DNA of 63,803 nt, counting the filler, from Choristocarpus tenellus KU-1152 (taxonomy: Eukaryota; Protista; Phaeophyceae): NCBI GenBank assembly GCA_964200185.2. It is 10 parts of 10 records of this genome, joined end to end, with 100 filler letters (N's around TTAATTAATTAA, not from the genome) between each part and the next. Parts side by side here need not be neighbours in the genome. Positions count along the whole stretch, not along the records: positions 13,196 to 32,263 come from CAXNAD020000492.1; positions 32,364 to 36,124 come from CAXNAD020018089.1; positions 36,225 to 41,647 come from CAXNAD020010829.1; 7 more parts are not named here. One strand, written 5' to 3'. The position numbers and the translations under genes were made by a program. Each line of letters opens with the position of its first letter. Positions within the stretch are counted from its first letter, which is position 1. This document shows, one piece after another, positions 26,137 through 40,200 of the stretch. The notes beneath the pieces are model-generated. The model was not told the DNA's origin, made no database searches, and saw nothing but the letters and a program-made list of their open reading frames with translations.

Positions 26137-28356
26137 AATGGCTGTTTCATAACGTTATGACCTTGGAGTCCTAGGTTTTATATATTGTGCTTGTTGACTA
26201 TTTATCAATCATTTAGGTAGTATAAGGCCATACATTTGTCATGCATGTTTGTTCAATCCCTTCTGTACACCCCAATCAAAGCAATTAAGTGAATAAACGA
26301 AGTAAGAGATCCAGCATATGTGAAGGTGATTCCATTAAGGCGTCCTCTATGACTCTCGTCTTCACCCTACAGAATTGTGGATTGGGGCTACATATATATC
26401 TCATCATGGTAAGCTTGCGGAGTGTTTTGTAATGTATTGTCCTAGCATCAAATTCCGAAAGGTGTGTTGAAAAAGGTTGACCAAGGGAACATGAAAACAT
26501 TGAAAATGTTGCTTGATCATTATATATTAGGTTATCATTAAAAACACTGGCAAGCAGGCAATGCTTTCATAACATGAAATGAGCACGATACCACAGTATG
26601 CCCACACACTGGACTATAATAGCACCATCACTTTTCACCTGCACAATGCCCAAGCCAAAAAAAATGGAACTGGTGTACCTCCACATACATTCAAGATACA
26701 TTACAGATGAACGCAAGAAAACAAAACAGGAAAAGTGTTTCACAACCTAGAGGAGCGGGGATCCATACTCATGTGTATATGCATAATAGCATCGCACATT
26801 GCAATCCTCCTTGGTCCCGACCCTAAGACCTCAATCACTTATGGGAGACCCAAATAATTATCACGCCATACAACGATTATTTACTCCTGCATCCACATCC
26901 ACAACTTCACATGTATGCACCTTCCGCATATGTGGTTTGGATATAGCAGCATGTCAATCTGCACACTTAGTCGCTTGACCTGAGGAGACCATAGTGGGAA
27001 GCCAAATACGTGGTGTTAAGTGCACCATCTGGAAATACCCAGTGTGGCTAAGCACTGTTCATTGTGAATAGGATTGTAGATATATTGTACCACGCAGTAT
27101 TCAGTTAAACTTAGGGTTTGCATGCACAACACACTACACTAACTACTCCTACGATAGTGGAAAATGAGGTTTATAATTGAAAAAGAGGGGAAATCGTTGC
27201 AGAATTCTAGAAACCTTTGGCATGCGGCTTTCAGTTTCATGAATCGTCGAGTACAAGGGAAAATAACGAAATAAATGAATCTAGTATGTGGCGGTACACA
27301 GGACGAAGTAACCAAATGGAAACCTTCAGGGGAACTACGAAAGGAAATATACTGACTAGTTAAGCAAGGAGTGGAAAGTAAGACAAGGAACGATATCATA
27401 CCTCACAGTAGAGTACTCATATGGATGGAGGAACTTGTCCAGCGCCTCAAAGTCCGGCACATTTATGGAATCTAACGCCCTTGCCGCATATGTCTCCAGT
27501 ACATAGTTCAGGGGTGATTCGAAAAGACTACAAAGTGCGAGAGTGTGTGTTATGGTTAGGAAAGAGGATAACCAAAGTGTTCATATGTTCTTTGTGAGAG
27601 TGAGATTCAATAGGACAGTACAGTACCGACTTTGTCATGCAGAATTACACGCTTTCAAACATCCGTTTCTTGGGGCAATGATCACCCCCAACTGGACAGG
27701 CTTTGAACATCCAGGAGAAGGGTTTTACTACACGAATGGTGCTCTTGCCCAAGATTGAAGGCAGGACTGAGTCCTCACCTTCACCTATATTGTCTGAGTG
27801 GATGTCAAATCCAACATGTATGGTTTGACCAGCTGGAAGGAAGCCAATTTAAGTGGGCAGAGAGTACATACAACAGTTGGCGTGTGTTAATTGCCAAAGT
27901 GAAACATATCAACATGCTACACAATATGGTGGTGATACCTCGTGACAGGTCTAAGACGAGAGGTAATATAAGTGAGGGGTAAGGTTGGGGAAATTACGGT
28001 TGGGTGTGCAAATGAGGTAAATAAGGGTTATGGTAATAAATCATACATACGTCTGTCCCCAGGATCTCCAGGGGTGCTGAAAACGCATTTCCAATGGAGT
28101 TTCGCCTTGGACATGTTGTGATTTGCAACAAAACCAAAGAAATCATCTTCTACACGTTCATCTGCACCGTTATATCAACACCATGCTGTGGTAATGCAGG
28201 CACACATGGCATTGGTGCAGGACATACGCAAGATCGCTGCAGAACCAGGGCAGAGATCAATTTACATGTGATTTGATACGGTACACCACATTTACAATGT
28301 GGTATCACTTCATACTTGGTTGGTTACGACGTGAAGTTTACATTCTTATTAGTTAC

Positions 28357-28907
28357 GAGCCAAAGTACCTTAGAGGGTAGAGCCACGTCCATTTGGGGGC
28401 CAAAATCCAACGTTGCAATTTTTTTTGTAATATTGGCTATTTTGTTGTTAGGAGATGTCAATATCCTTGTTCCGGACACACCTTTTCGTATCGTATACAT
28501 TTCACCTATTCCGAGATTTTGGAGCAGAGTTAAAGTATCTTAGAGGGTAGAGCCGCGTCCATTTGGGGGCCAAAATCCAATAATGTTGCCTTCCCTTTTG
28601 TTTCCGTTTTGTGAAAGATGTGATTTTGGTGTAATTTTGACTATCGTGTTTGATAGGAAGTGTCAATATCCTTGTTCTGGACACACCTTTCATAACATAT
28701 ATATTTTACTACTCCAAAACATTTTGGAGTAGATTAAATGTCATTAAAAGCTCGTGGGAAGCCAAGCCCCAAATGGACAAACAGGGAAAAACTCGTACCC
28801 TCTAAGATACTTTCACTCTCAGGTAAAATGTCATTAAAAACCTATGGGAAGTCAAACTCCAAATGGACAACAGGGAAAAACTCATACTCTCTAAGATATT
28901 TTCACTC
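28357..28907 (-). mobile_element. MITE family A, outer copy carrying a nested family A copy (28527-28818), opposite orientation to 21734-22257
   Basis: Four TIRs are present, and the outer halves rejoin into the family consensus when the inner copy is removed. Confidence 0.9.
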
Positions 28908-29559
28908 TACATCAAGATCCACACAGATGGAGAGTATTAGTCACAAGCCCAAGGGTGTTATATGTCATGCAACAGTGATGATGTTCAGATTGGAAAGAGG
29001 TAAGGGGTTGAATACAGGATAGGGCCAAATTGTTGATACACCTAACAGATATGTTTGAGCTATCTCTGCTTCAGGAAAATATATAGGCACAGGGTCACAG
29101 TTGAGGCACAAGACTTATGACATGAACTCTGACTGGAACTCAGACTTACGACAGAAATGTTATCCATTTCTTTCAATATATTTCGACACAGCCAAGTGAC
29201 ACGTATCATGTCGTTCAAGTCGTGTTCCTCCACGAGACTGATCAGGATGTCCATGCACCATTGGACTCACACCGATATTACAGCCTTATGGATGGCGGTC
29301 TTTGCAGAGCTCAGCATCTGCTTTTACTGTCCTGTAAAACAAGAACAAGAATGAGTGAACGTAAGCGACAAGGCGCTCATCAAATGTCCAACCGTCAGTA
29401 CAACGCAATTTAAGTTGTCTATATTGTTGGTTGTATATATATAGAGAGAGACGATTTACGATAATAAACCATGTGCAGTTTAGTATACCACAGACCACCC
29501 AGAGACATCATAATGCTAAAGTAAACTTTCCATACTTCTTGTGTAGTTCTATATATAGG

Positions 29560-29644
29560 AGAATATCATAAAAAAAAACATGGGGAGCCAAGTACCAAAC
29601 GGACAAGCAGGGCTAAACTCGTACCGTCTAAGATACTTTCACTC
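29560..29644 (-). mobile_element. MITE family A fragment
   Basis: Ends with aactcgtaccgtctaagatactttcactc. Confidence 0.85.
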
Positions 29645-30907
29645 CCAGAGACTATGTTTCATCATGGCTGCAGGGCTGAAGGCGCGTCAGAGCCATTTGG
29701 TGACACTTAGTAGTACCAAGATCAGAGAACACTGCAAGAAAAGTTACAAGGGTACTCTTTGTTGCTGTTATCGCTGTTCGGCTTACCTTTCCTTGTACAA
29801 CGGAATACTCACCCTTATACCGTCCAAGCCACAGGAGCAGCCCTGACCATGAGAGGGAACAAAGTGTGTGAGGAAGTAATATAGGATCACCTTGCATATC
29901 TGGGGGTAAAGCGCGCACACTATCCCATGTTGCAATATACGCCTGTCGTTTGAAATAGAATCATTATCCTGAGTGCGGTCAGCCTGTGCCACAAGTTGGA
30001 AGACGTTAGGGTGAGACCCTGGTGGCCCATAGTATCCTAGAGGGGGAGTCATTCGTCCATTCGGGGCTTGCGTGACCCTGTGGTGATTTCATGTCATACG
30101 AGTGAACCTGTCAGATGCAAGGGCAAAGTTCCTTCATCTGGACGCACCTTCCTTTTCCATCCCCGTGCCTAGACCAACTACGAAGGAAATCCGCCTGGAA
30201 AACGGCATTGAATCGGGGTATCTTACAACACCTCATCAAACCTGGAATGGACCACTAAGGCTAACCCTCCCCCCTCTCTCGGGTTCTATGGACCTTGTGA
30301 AATCCCTGACCAAGAGGTAGACGTGACTTTCATTACAGACCCCTATCAGGTGTAACTTAGTTCAAAACAATGTTAGTTAGTAACACACGTATGTATGAGG
30401 GGGACTAGAAATATAATGCATGCAGCATTGCTCACTGGGATGCCAGTGAGCTTTAGAAGTTGAACGAGGAAGATTACCATCCCCGAATCGTTTCTCAGGG
30501 CTTACTTGACATTCTGAAGTGCCATGGGCACAACATTCATCCTCGTTGCTTCTACTCTCGGCTGGTTAAGGCTATCAGTTCCCAAGAAGCCAGACATAGG
30601 GATGTGTACAATATAAATTATTATTATTTTCTGGAAGTACATCCTAGTGTTAGTGATGCGACAATTACGTCTACAACAGATTGCACTTCGAGCAGTCCAT
30701 AATGTATGGAGTACTTGACACTATTAATATCTCATAATCAAGCTCAAAGAAGGCAGTAAAAAAAATAGTTAAGAAAAAATAGTTGAAAAAAGAGAAACGA
30801 GGAGTTTTTATAACGAGGGACGAACCACATAGAGTGGCCATGCTGCATAGCGTATAAATTTATCACCGTTTGTATGCGAGAATAATATAAGCATCTAGAA
30901 AGCATTG

Positions 30908-31088
30908 GGTTCAAAGTATCTGGGAGGGGGGGGGGGGCAGTCCATTTGGGGCCCATTTTTCATGTCGCGATTTTTTTGTGATTCGGTTGCATGTGAAGGA
31001 TGGATAATGTAAGTGCACTTTTCCTGGTCAGGGTCCGAATGGACACCCTGATGTAGACCCCCCCCCCCCTCCCAAGATACTTTGAGCT
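30908..31088. mobile_element. MITE family B, complete 181-bp copy (partial copies at contig ends about 2865-2886, 9817-9857, 32364-32438, 54746-54845, 60075-60245)
   Basis: TIR NNNTCAAAGTATCT(T)GGGAG-polyG on both ends, with ATTG duplicated at 30904-30907 and 31089-31092. Confidence 0.88.
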
Positions 31089-33258
31089 ATTGAGTGTCCT
31101 TAATGTGCTCAGCGTACACTTGTCGAAGAGGAATGTATGCCTCTGATCATATAACACATTCTCAGTCCGAAAACAGGAAATAATACGCTTTATTGTGTGA
31201 GGGCAATCTCTTTACAGTTCTACCCTTCCACTTCTCTGTCCTCCTTCCCACGCGATTCAGGTAACAAAAACGATGAATCGTCCGGGTTGAGGCTGTCGTC
31301 TTCTGTTGAATGGGCCGTTAAAAAAAACAAAGCAATATATGCGATACTTTCGAGAGGAATTATTTATTTGGCGATGTGGTGGAATGAAGCTGTAGATTAA
31401 CATACTTACAAGTTGCATAGTATTAGTAACCTTGTATCAAGCACAAGGCATGTGGAATGGCATCCATGCTTTACACAGAAAATGATCAGAGAATGATTGA
31501 TGGATAAATTTAGCACACTGAACGCAAGATCAAGTTCCCTTCAGGTGCGCAGTATACGCCTCTCTATAAATGAATCTGTGTGTACACCACACAGTACTAT
31601 TGAAAAAGGGTGAACTATTTACCTTTTTCTCGGCGGAAGGGTGGTTGGAATCATCATTTTACTTTATCCCTTAGAGGAAGAAAGTGCACCTCTTTTTCCC
31701 ACCCCAGAGTATTTACCCCAAAAGGTTTTGAGCTTCCATCTCTGCTGAACAGGGGTTTCGCCCTCACCCGCGCTTTCGTATCTTCTTAGGAGGGCCTTGA
31801 ACAAACGAAGAAAGCATTAGGCAAGCCACTTGAAGAGAACCTGTGTTTTTTTTGGAGAGGAGTGGGACGAACCTGCACAACACCGAATTTCAAGGTAGCA
31901 GATTATATATAACCTCATCTTCATGCACCGCAATACTATAACAAGTACACCAAATTGAACAAATTAGATAATGCCTTACTCAAGACTTTCTTCTTGTGTA
32001 GGAGGACTTATTACAATGTTGGATGATGGAGTGTTATTTATGGACTCTAACAAAATATAAGACCACTCGTGGATACCCTTGTTCATACATGCGCACAAAA
32101 GTACATGGCACGACTTGAAGCATATTGTGAAAGAAAAAAAGTTTTTGGACTGTAAACAATTATTTGTTCAACTTAACGACATAATAAGCACATAGGAGTG
32201 ATTTGTTGTATTTGCGGTGGGGGGATGGGGGGTGGGGGGGGCGAGAGGGGGCGCAAAACCAGGNNNNNNNNNNNNNNNNNNNNNNNNNNNNNNNNNNNNN
32301 NNNNNNNTTAATTAATTAANNNNNNNNNNNNNNNNNNNNNNNNNNNNNNNNNNNNNNNNNNNNATGCACTTTTCCTGATTTTGGACCAAATGGACACCCT
32401 AGTGTAGACCTCTCCCCCCCCCCCAGATACTTTGGGTCGTATCAGGGGTACTAGTGAGGGAATGTGAGCTGGTTCTAGGGCAAAGAATTTTTATTGTTTA
32501 TTGTTTCAAAGACCCCAGAATTTGGAACAAGTTCAAGAGTTCATGTTTAGTAAATGGTGCCCTGTGTGTATGTATGTATGTATGTATGATTATCCATGAA
32601 TTGGACAGAGACACAGGATGCAAACCAACGTTGTCTGAGTATACATACCAAAAACATGAGTACAGACTGGCATACAGGCACACAGGCACACAGGCACACA
32701 GGCACACACACACACATGAAGATTGAAAAATGTAGAAAATAGTGGAGAAGATGGAGATTGAAATGTCTATCAGAAAAGGAAAGCGGGGACAAGAGCAATA
32801 GGCAGACCTGGAAAGTACCATAGTTCAGATCGGAACTAATGTAAACATCATGCTTGCTTCAGGGAGATTTCTTTTTCATAGCAGTGCTCATTACATCACA
32901 TTCTTCGTCAGAGTTAGGGTTAGGGCATATAATGAGGCATCAATAAAAAAAAACAAAAATACTTCACCTGTGACTCTTCTAGCTCTTTTTCTAACAAAAA
33001 TCCCGGCAAAGTAAAGAAGTCAAACAAATACCTTAAAGGTGTACCTCACAACTACACCACAAAATAAAACAATTAATTGAAGAGTTCACTTACTTGAAGA
33101 TCAGAACCCTAAAAATAATAAAAAGTGAATTAAATAGAACAAGTGTACCAACTGCTACTAAGAGGTCAAATTTTGCGACTGTATTAAGTGAAGGCATAGA
33201 AGCATACCCATCCATAAAAATGTAACAAAAATGACTTGAGAGATGGCAGAGGTATTGT

Positions 33259-36019
33259 GGGTTAGGGTTAGGGATAGAACTCTTGCGTGTGCTGCATAGA
33301 AAGCACCTGACTTCCTCTAGTGCAATAAAAAAATACTAGAAAACCTGTCTGTCTTGCAGCAACATATTTACTACATAGTAACCCTAACCCTACCCCTTAT
33401 CGGCACCCTTAAAAAAACAAAAAAAATCAGTGTCCTGGGGGGTAGTCTTATATACCACAGCATCTTTGATTCAAGAATATAAAAAATTGAATAATGCAAC
33501 TGCATACAGAAATGATAAGGGGTGATAATAGGGTTAGAGTAGTTGACTGCACAAGAAACTTCTGACAATATATGCTATTATTGAATTATGTTGTTAAAAG
33601 AGGAAAATGCCATAATGTTATGCCACTCTGCTGACCGTCAATTTTTTCCATTGACAGAAAATCTTAGGAAATTTCTCGAGCATTTGGCAGCCTCCCAATA
33701 AATGAGGTCAATATTTGATTCATGCGCACCAATGACATACATGACAACAAAGTGTGTTTAGGGTTAGGGTTGACTAGTTGATATGGATGTTCGAGAACAG
33801 TGTCTTGTCTCAACACAATTCACTCTCTTCTCATGGATGTTTACCCAGTGAAGGTAATTCGATATTAGGTTAGGGTTAGGGTTCATCCTAGGGTGCATTG
33901 GTTCACTTGGACATTGCACAGTCCCTCCCCCCCCCAAAAGAAAAAGAAAAAGAAGCAACAGAGCCAGTGCACAAAACGAGTACATAAAGAAATATTAAAA
34001 AATGATCTAAAAAAGGCTCAATTTCACTATAATTTCATGCTTGAATTCCTGCATGAGTATACCCATACAATAAGTAATAATTTGCAATCAACAGCCAGTA
34101 CATCTCCACCAGCCCTCACAAACCCTAACCCTAACCCTAGGAAGATAAAATGGGAAATATAGACATAGATACATATGTGTCTCACCAATCTGTGTGGAAG
34201 CAGTGGGAACAGGGTAGTCGACACAGGCTATCTCCTTCCTCATATTCACCCAGGCATACCACACACATCAAGTCTGTCGACATCTCTTCCTCTCCTTGCC
34301 CCCAACCAGTCTCTCCCTTTTCACCAGGAACCTCCCCCCCCTTCCCTTTCTCCCCCTCCACCTCACCCCTGTCAGAGTTAGGAGACCTCGGCTCTGTAGC
34401 CACAACTGTCGCCACGGGTGATGCCCCTGTGCGGTTGCCATGTTTACTAGTTGCTGTTGCTGGTGAAGACGGTGAATGTTTACCCCCTTCAAACACAGTA
34501 TTGTACCTCTCATGCTCTTCCTTCATCTCACACATGCTCGGATTATCAGTCCCAGTCTTCCCACACACACAATGTGTAACTAGTGGGGATGGCAGAAGGG
34601 GCAGGGGGCAGGGGGCAGGGGAGAGAGGAACAAGTGGGAGGGAGGGGGGTTGGTGGCACACAAACACACACGAGCTAGGGCTAGGGTTAGGGCTGATCTC
34701 AGTAAAAAATGTGGTTGCCTTTTCCTTCACCCTTTGGCAACACACTGTTCTCAAACATAAAAATAAAATGATTCAATACTTCTTGACGGACGAATCAACG
34801 TCTCATCTTGCTGATAAAGAAAGCCCTGACCCTAACCCTAACCCTAACCCTTTGATGACACTATTAATACTGCTCTAAGGGAAAAGATTGCAACAGAAGC
34901 AATGTCAGAGGAAAAATAAACAAGACCCAAGAGGCACTAGTGGTGCTTGTAAAAAAGCAACTGGTGTTCTGCTGTTAATGTGATCATGGTTAAACGAGAA
35001 ACATGTTGGTAGAGTACTGAGTGTGCATTCAAGAGCGAGAAACCCTAACACTAACCCTAACCCTAACACTTAATAGTATTGACATTACATAGCACTTAAT
35101 AGTATTGACATTTTTTTTCTGGTGACTGCACTGCGAGTCAATCTTCAACTTAACCTCTACTAACCCTAACCCTTGGTGTCCTATATTGGTTCCGAACTCC
35201 TCCAATAAAATTGATCCAAGGTGTTGGACCTTAAAACCCTAACCCTAACCCTAAGAAAAAAGTGCTTCAAAGAAAAAAAAAGATGATCTACAAAAGTGAG
35301 TGGAAGTGGTGACTACAACCCCAACCCCAACCCTATCCCTAACGAGATGAACGGATGCAATATCAAAACATAAGAGGCCTCTTTGAAAGATCATCAATAA
35401 TCATAACAAGGAATTCGAAACAATAGAGATAATAAAAAAAGTAATAACGATTAATTTGAAACACTGAAAAATAATAAAAAAAGCGATATACGAATTAAAA
35501 AGGGTTAGGGTTAGGGTTAGGGCAAAACGATTTTGAAAGATAAGTTGGGGCATGCAGGCAAGAGGACTCAATGCTCACATGAACAGTAGTGACTACAATA
35601 CCAGATTCTAAACCCTAACCCTAAACCCTAACCCTAACTCTATACAAAACAGTGAGAATAAGCCCAGCTAATGACTTCCAGATAACCCTAACCCTAACCC
35701 CAACCACCATCCCCTCAAGAGAGAAAAAAAACTGGCATTTATTGTAGAGCTACCCTAACCCTTCAAGACAAGGTACCCTGTGATGTGGATTTCTAAAAAG
35801 ACCAGTAAAAAAGTAATATATATAGATATTAAAAATATTTTGTGTTCTGAAAAAAGTATGACTCATCAATGAAATCTCTATTTTCTTTCCATGCACACGC
35901 TTCAATCAGAACGCCTTCGCAGCACTGATCAAGGGAACCTAACCCTAACCTTTAACGAATTTATTAGTGAATAGTGCAGGGTTAGGGTTTGGGGTAACCC
36001 TAACCCTAACCCTAACCCT
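33259..36019. repeat. Dense cluster of short interstitial telomeric (CCCTAA/TTAGGG)n tracts in both orientations
   Basis: At least 17 tracts of 2-5 units, e.g. 33866, 34121, 34829, 35042, 35236, 35500, 35610, 35684 and 35978. Similar tracts at 2897, 3161, 3790, 6890 and 7887. Confidence 0.92.
34186..34579 (-). CDS. Internal exon of a RING-H2 finger (E3 ligase-like) protein
   Basis: CVVCLGEYEEGDSLCRLPCSHCFHTD followed by TG|gtgag. Pyrimidine-rich acceptor ...ccactag at 34580. Flanking exons not found. Confidence 0.85.
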
Positions 36020-37294
36020 GCATGCCTGAGAGTAAAATCGACGACCTGAAACGTCTCAACAACAAAGCATCAATAACACCCTACAAACTCTTGAGTTACC
36101 AGGTGTGACCCCCCTCTTATTCCCNNNNNNNNNNNNNNNNNNNNNNNNNNNNNNNNNNNNNNNNNNNNTTAATTAATTAANNNNNNNNNNNNNNNNNNNN
36201 NNNNNNNNNNNNNNNNNNNNNNNNCGTTTTTTTCCCCCACAGAATCAGTTTCCTTAGGTACAACGTAAGGGGGGGGGGGTCTGATGACAGGTACAAATAT
36301 CCAACACTCCCCGTGTGTCAATAACTACACTACTCTACTAATAAATTATCTTACCATCAGCCCAGTCATGCAGAAAAGGTGCCTGATGGGCCTCAATAAA
36401 ATGCATTGGAACTGGGGTGGACCAGTCAAGATACTCGGGGCTGGCACCCAACTTGTCCCAGATACATCCCGGAACAAACTTGGATATGGAAATCCTGTCA
36501 TCCATGGACAATCTTATGATGACCATGAGATTGAACATGGAGCTCACTGGGCCGGTCTGGCAACATCTAGCGGAACCATCTAGTACAACCCCAGTGGGTC
36601 CTGTTCGAATCTTTGAAAGCCCCCTGAACCAGTACTGGTCACATTTATATTAACACGATTTGCATGCAAACTGTCTTGTCCAAGGTAAAGATCAAGTCCT
36701 GTGTGCTGGTGATGTCCAACAGGAACAACTTCACACTCGCCTTCCTTCATTCAGCAAAACCTTCACTGTCATTCACGCCTGCTGGGGGGAAACACCTACA
36801 CCGCACTTCACACTACAGAAACCGACACTTTAACAACATATGAAATTTAAAAAAAAAACATCGTACTCAAGTACTTCTCAGTAAGAAAACAAATATATAT
36901 ATATATATATATATATTTATTACTTGAGATTCAAACTACACTCTGTGATGTATAGCAACATCGTAATAGTAATGTCAATTCTTAAAAAAACTCAAAATAA
37001 AACCAACAAATGAGAACAATAGCAATGTGTGCAGACTCAGGAAGAATTTAGATTAGAGTCACAACCATACCCACGACGAAAATTTAACCGGCCAATCAAA
37101 AGCATTCGACTACGCTGTACATGATCTTCCTTCCACGGAGCATCACTTCAATCGTAGAGGTTGAGTCACAACAACCCCAAACATTGCTGTTGATAAAAGA
37201 CGAATAACACATGGATCAAACATTAAGATCACAGACCTGTAACCGTCCGCACCAGGAAAATATTCATGCACTCCCCTCACCCCTACTCACTCAC

Positions 37295-40200
37295 CAGTGC
37301 AACAAAACGCCTGCCATCAGGTAAAATGCCCGCACCCTTCATTCCCACAATGTTTTGGTGGTGCAACTCCTTGAGGAGAAGCATCTCCACCTGAGGGAAT
37401 CAATTCGGCCATCATTGATCACCACCCCCGTGTCCACGCAAACCACCATCCATCCGTCCGTCCGTCCGTCCGTCCGTCCGTCCGTCCGTCCAACCATGTG
37501 ACCCCACACAAACCAAGTATAAGAAGGAACTTTACGTTTTTTTGGGATGTGTTACTATTTTTTTAGTGTGCATTGTCATGGGAAAAAAAAAAACAGGGCA
37601 GGATGTCTAGGGCACTGTTCACAAAAAAAGGGCTTGTGGTTTAGTCAAAGGTGGAGTATAACCCAACAATAAAAACATTTGTGGTATACATCAAATCAAA
37701 CTACCTGTACCCCAGTTAGCCGTACAAATCACATGCTTGTACTGCTCTCCTTACCTCCAATTTCTAAGTCGGAAAAAACTCAGAACTTTCCAGAATCGAA
37801 CCACTAACCCCAAAAAAGGCCTACACAAGCCGCTGATGTTGGTGCAGGCTAAGGAACCTACAGATTGAGGCCAAATATATAAACGGTTTCTCTCAATTCA
37901 GTCCACTTCAATCAATTCGCTGACACAAAAGAAAATAGTTTTACATTACACAATCAGAAGGACTGATTTCCACATAATAGTCTGAGTGAGATCCAAGCGC
38001 AAAAAAAGGATTTTTGTTTTTTTTGTAATGAAAAAAAAATCCATCAGCAAATAATATAAGAGTGTGGATTAGAGCATGAATGCATCTGACTCTAAAAAAA
38101 AAAGAGACAGGCGTTTGCAAAAACACAAGAACATTTCTTTAAGAGATAGAAGGCGGGAACAGAGAAAAAATTGACCTCATAAAAAATAAAACATTTGGAT
38201 GTTGGAGATTTCCTTTTGTGGAAATACTAATACTAGGAACCAAAAATACTTCACCAAACAATGCAAACTAGCAGACTTATCTGAGCACATTACGACCGCA
38301 TTGTAAAGAATAAAAAACAAGCCAACAGTACCACCCGTACAGCTTTCTTGGCTTGGGAGGAATGGTATGCGTACTCCAATTAGGAATGAAAAGGGGGTTA
38401 TAGTTGCAGTACAGAATGACAGTGAGAGAGAGAGACAGGCGACAAAAGTGTGGCGGATTCAGCTTACACAATAATGAACACGCCTCACAACATTATAGCA
38501 TCCCACTGACCTCCCAGTATTCCGACAAGCAATCTCTGATCTTTCGTTGGAATCAGTGACCCACTCAGTGTTTGGGCTTCATTACTGTGTACATATCATG
38601 GCTGTTGTACCACACCTCCCTTTCTTCTTGGGTGTTTGAGGTGTTGGATGGTGATGGTTTTTGTACTACATGGTAAGCATTTTATGGTGAAAACGTGCAC
38701 CGATTGTCACATAAGTGGTAGTAGCTTACGGGTTCCAAAAGGATTTAAGACACACCGGTTGAGCTGTTGTAATGTTTCAACTTTTCACAAAACTAACTAC
38801 CTAATCAACTCTAGTCTTTAACTCCCTAGCCCTCCACCCAACCCCTTGACTGCCCTGCTCCAAAGCAAAGCACAACTGGTCTTTGGCTCGACCAACCGCG
38901 TCTCAACACCAAACACAACCACCCTTGAAAACAGCCCCTTGGTCTCGATCAAACACGTCAAGCACAAGATCGCACACAAAATAACACACACACTTACCTC
39001 CAAGTCATTGGCGGCAATGCTTTGGTGTGGTGTACCTGGCAAAGGTGTTTTGAGCACCACAATCTCACCGTCAAGGACCGCTGTGTATGCTACACACATT
39101 GCCCCCTGAAAGTATCCTCATTCAGATTATAGGTAGTGAACGGGAGGAAACAGATTACTAAACATTAACATTAACATTAACATATCGAGCAGACGTGCTG
39201 TAGATGGAGGATGAAGTAGGGAGTCAAAGTTGGGGGTTTGGGTTAAAAAAAAAAAAAAAAAAAAAGCTGAACGTAAAAAGGTGATCAATGCTGTTTTACC
39301 ATAGGGAGGAGCCACAACAAAGGTAGAAGTAACAGCTGCACAGAGAGACCTTGCGTGCATGACATGGAGGGCAGGGGGGTGAGGTGACATTACTATTTCT
39401 TCTCTTAAATCCAGCAGAGGTGAGCATAGAAGTGTGAAAGCTCGAAGTGTTCCTGATGTATCACCCAATCACTCCTGCATCAATCCCCCACTCTAGACTT
39501 GATAGATAAGAAACCTCAAGGCCGGCTGAAACCTATCCAGCAGTCACTAAAGGTGACAGGGCTGGCTACAGGAAGTACGATATGACATGGCAACAACCAA
39601 TAGCTGTATTTGAATAAGGAGTACGTCCATGTCAACTGCATTGTCCACTCAATTAGAAGCTGATCTGATTTACTGTATATACACTCAAACCAATGTCACA
39701 ATATAAAACCAAAACTGTACTCCGGTTCTGTGCACATCACATTTCAGTAACCTAAAACGCAGATGTAAATTGTGTCGAATACATGATCCTGCACTGAAAA
39801 TCTGCGTGTCACTCACATTTTGTAGCCATTCTCGATTTTACAGAGTTCTACTCATTGGAAAATGCACTGGAATATTGAAGTTTGGCATAGAATACCTACA
39901 AAAATATGTGCACCTATCTGCTGGAATAGATAGTCACGTTCTGTATATTGCCAATGTTTGATTAAAAAGCGATGAACAAGTTGCAAATCACAGGTTTCGA
40001 AATAGATCAACGCTTCCACCTTCAATGCAAAACATGGGGTAAATCTAACAAAACACCTAAAGGGTTGCGTTATCACCTGCGCTAGATAGTCAAGATCCCG
40101 AAGGCTGGAGACGGGAATATCCATATTCACGTCTTTCTTGGGCTCTTTCGGGATGTTCAACGACTTTCGCCTTCGACCCTTCAGACTTCGTCCCATGACA

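Noticed and set aside
34150-34878. 242-aa plus-strand ORF
   Set aside because: Antisense shadow of the RING exon running through telomeric tracts.
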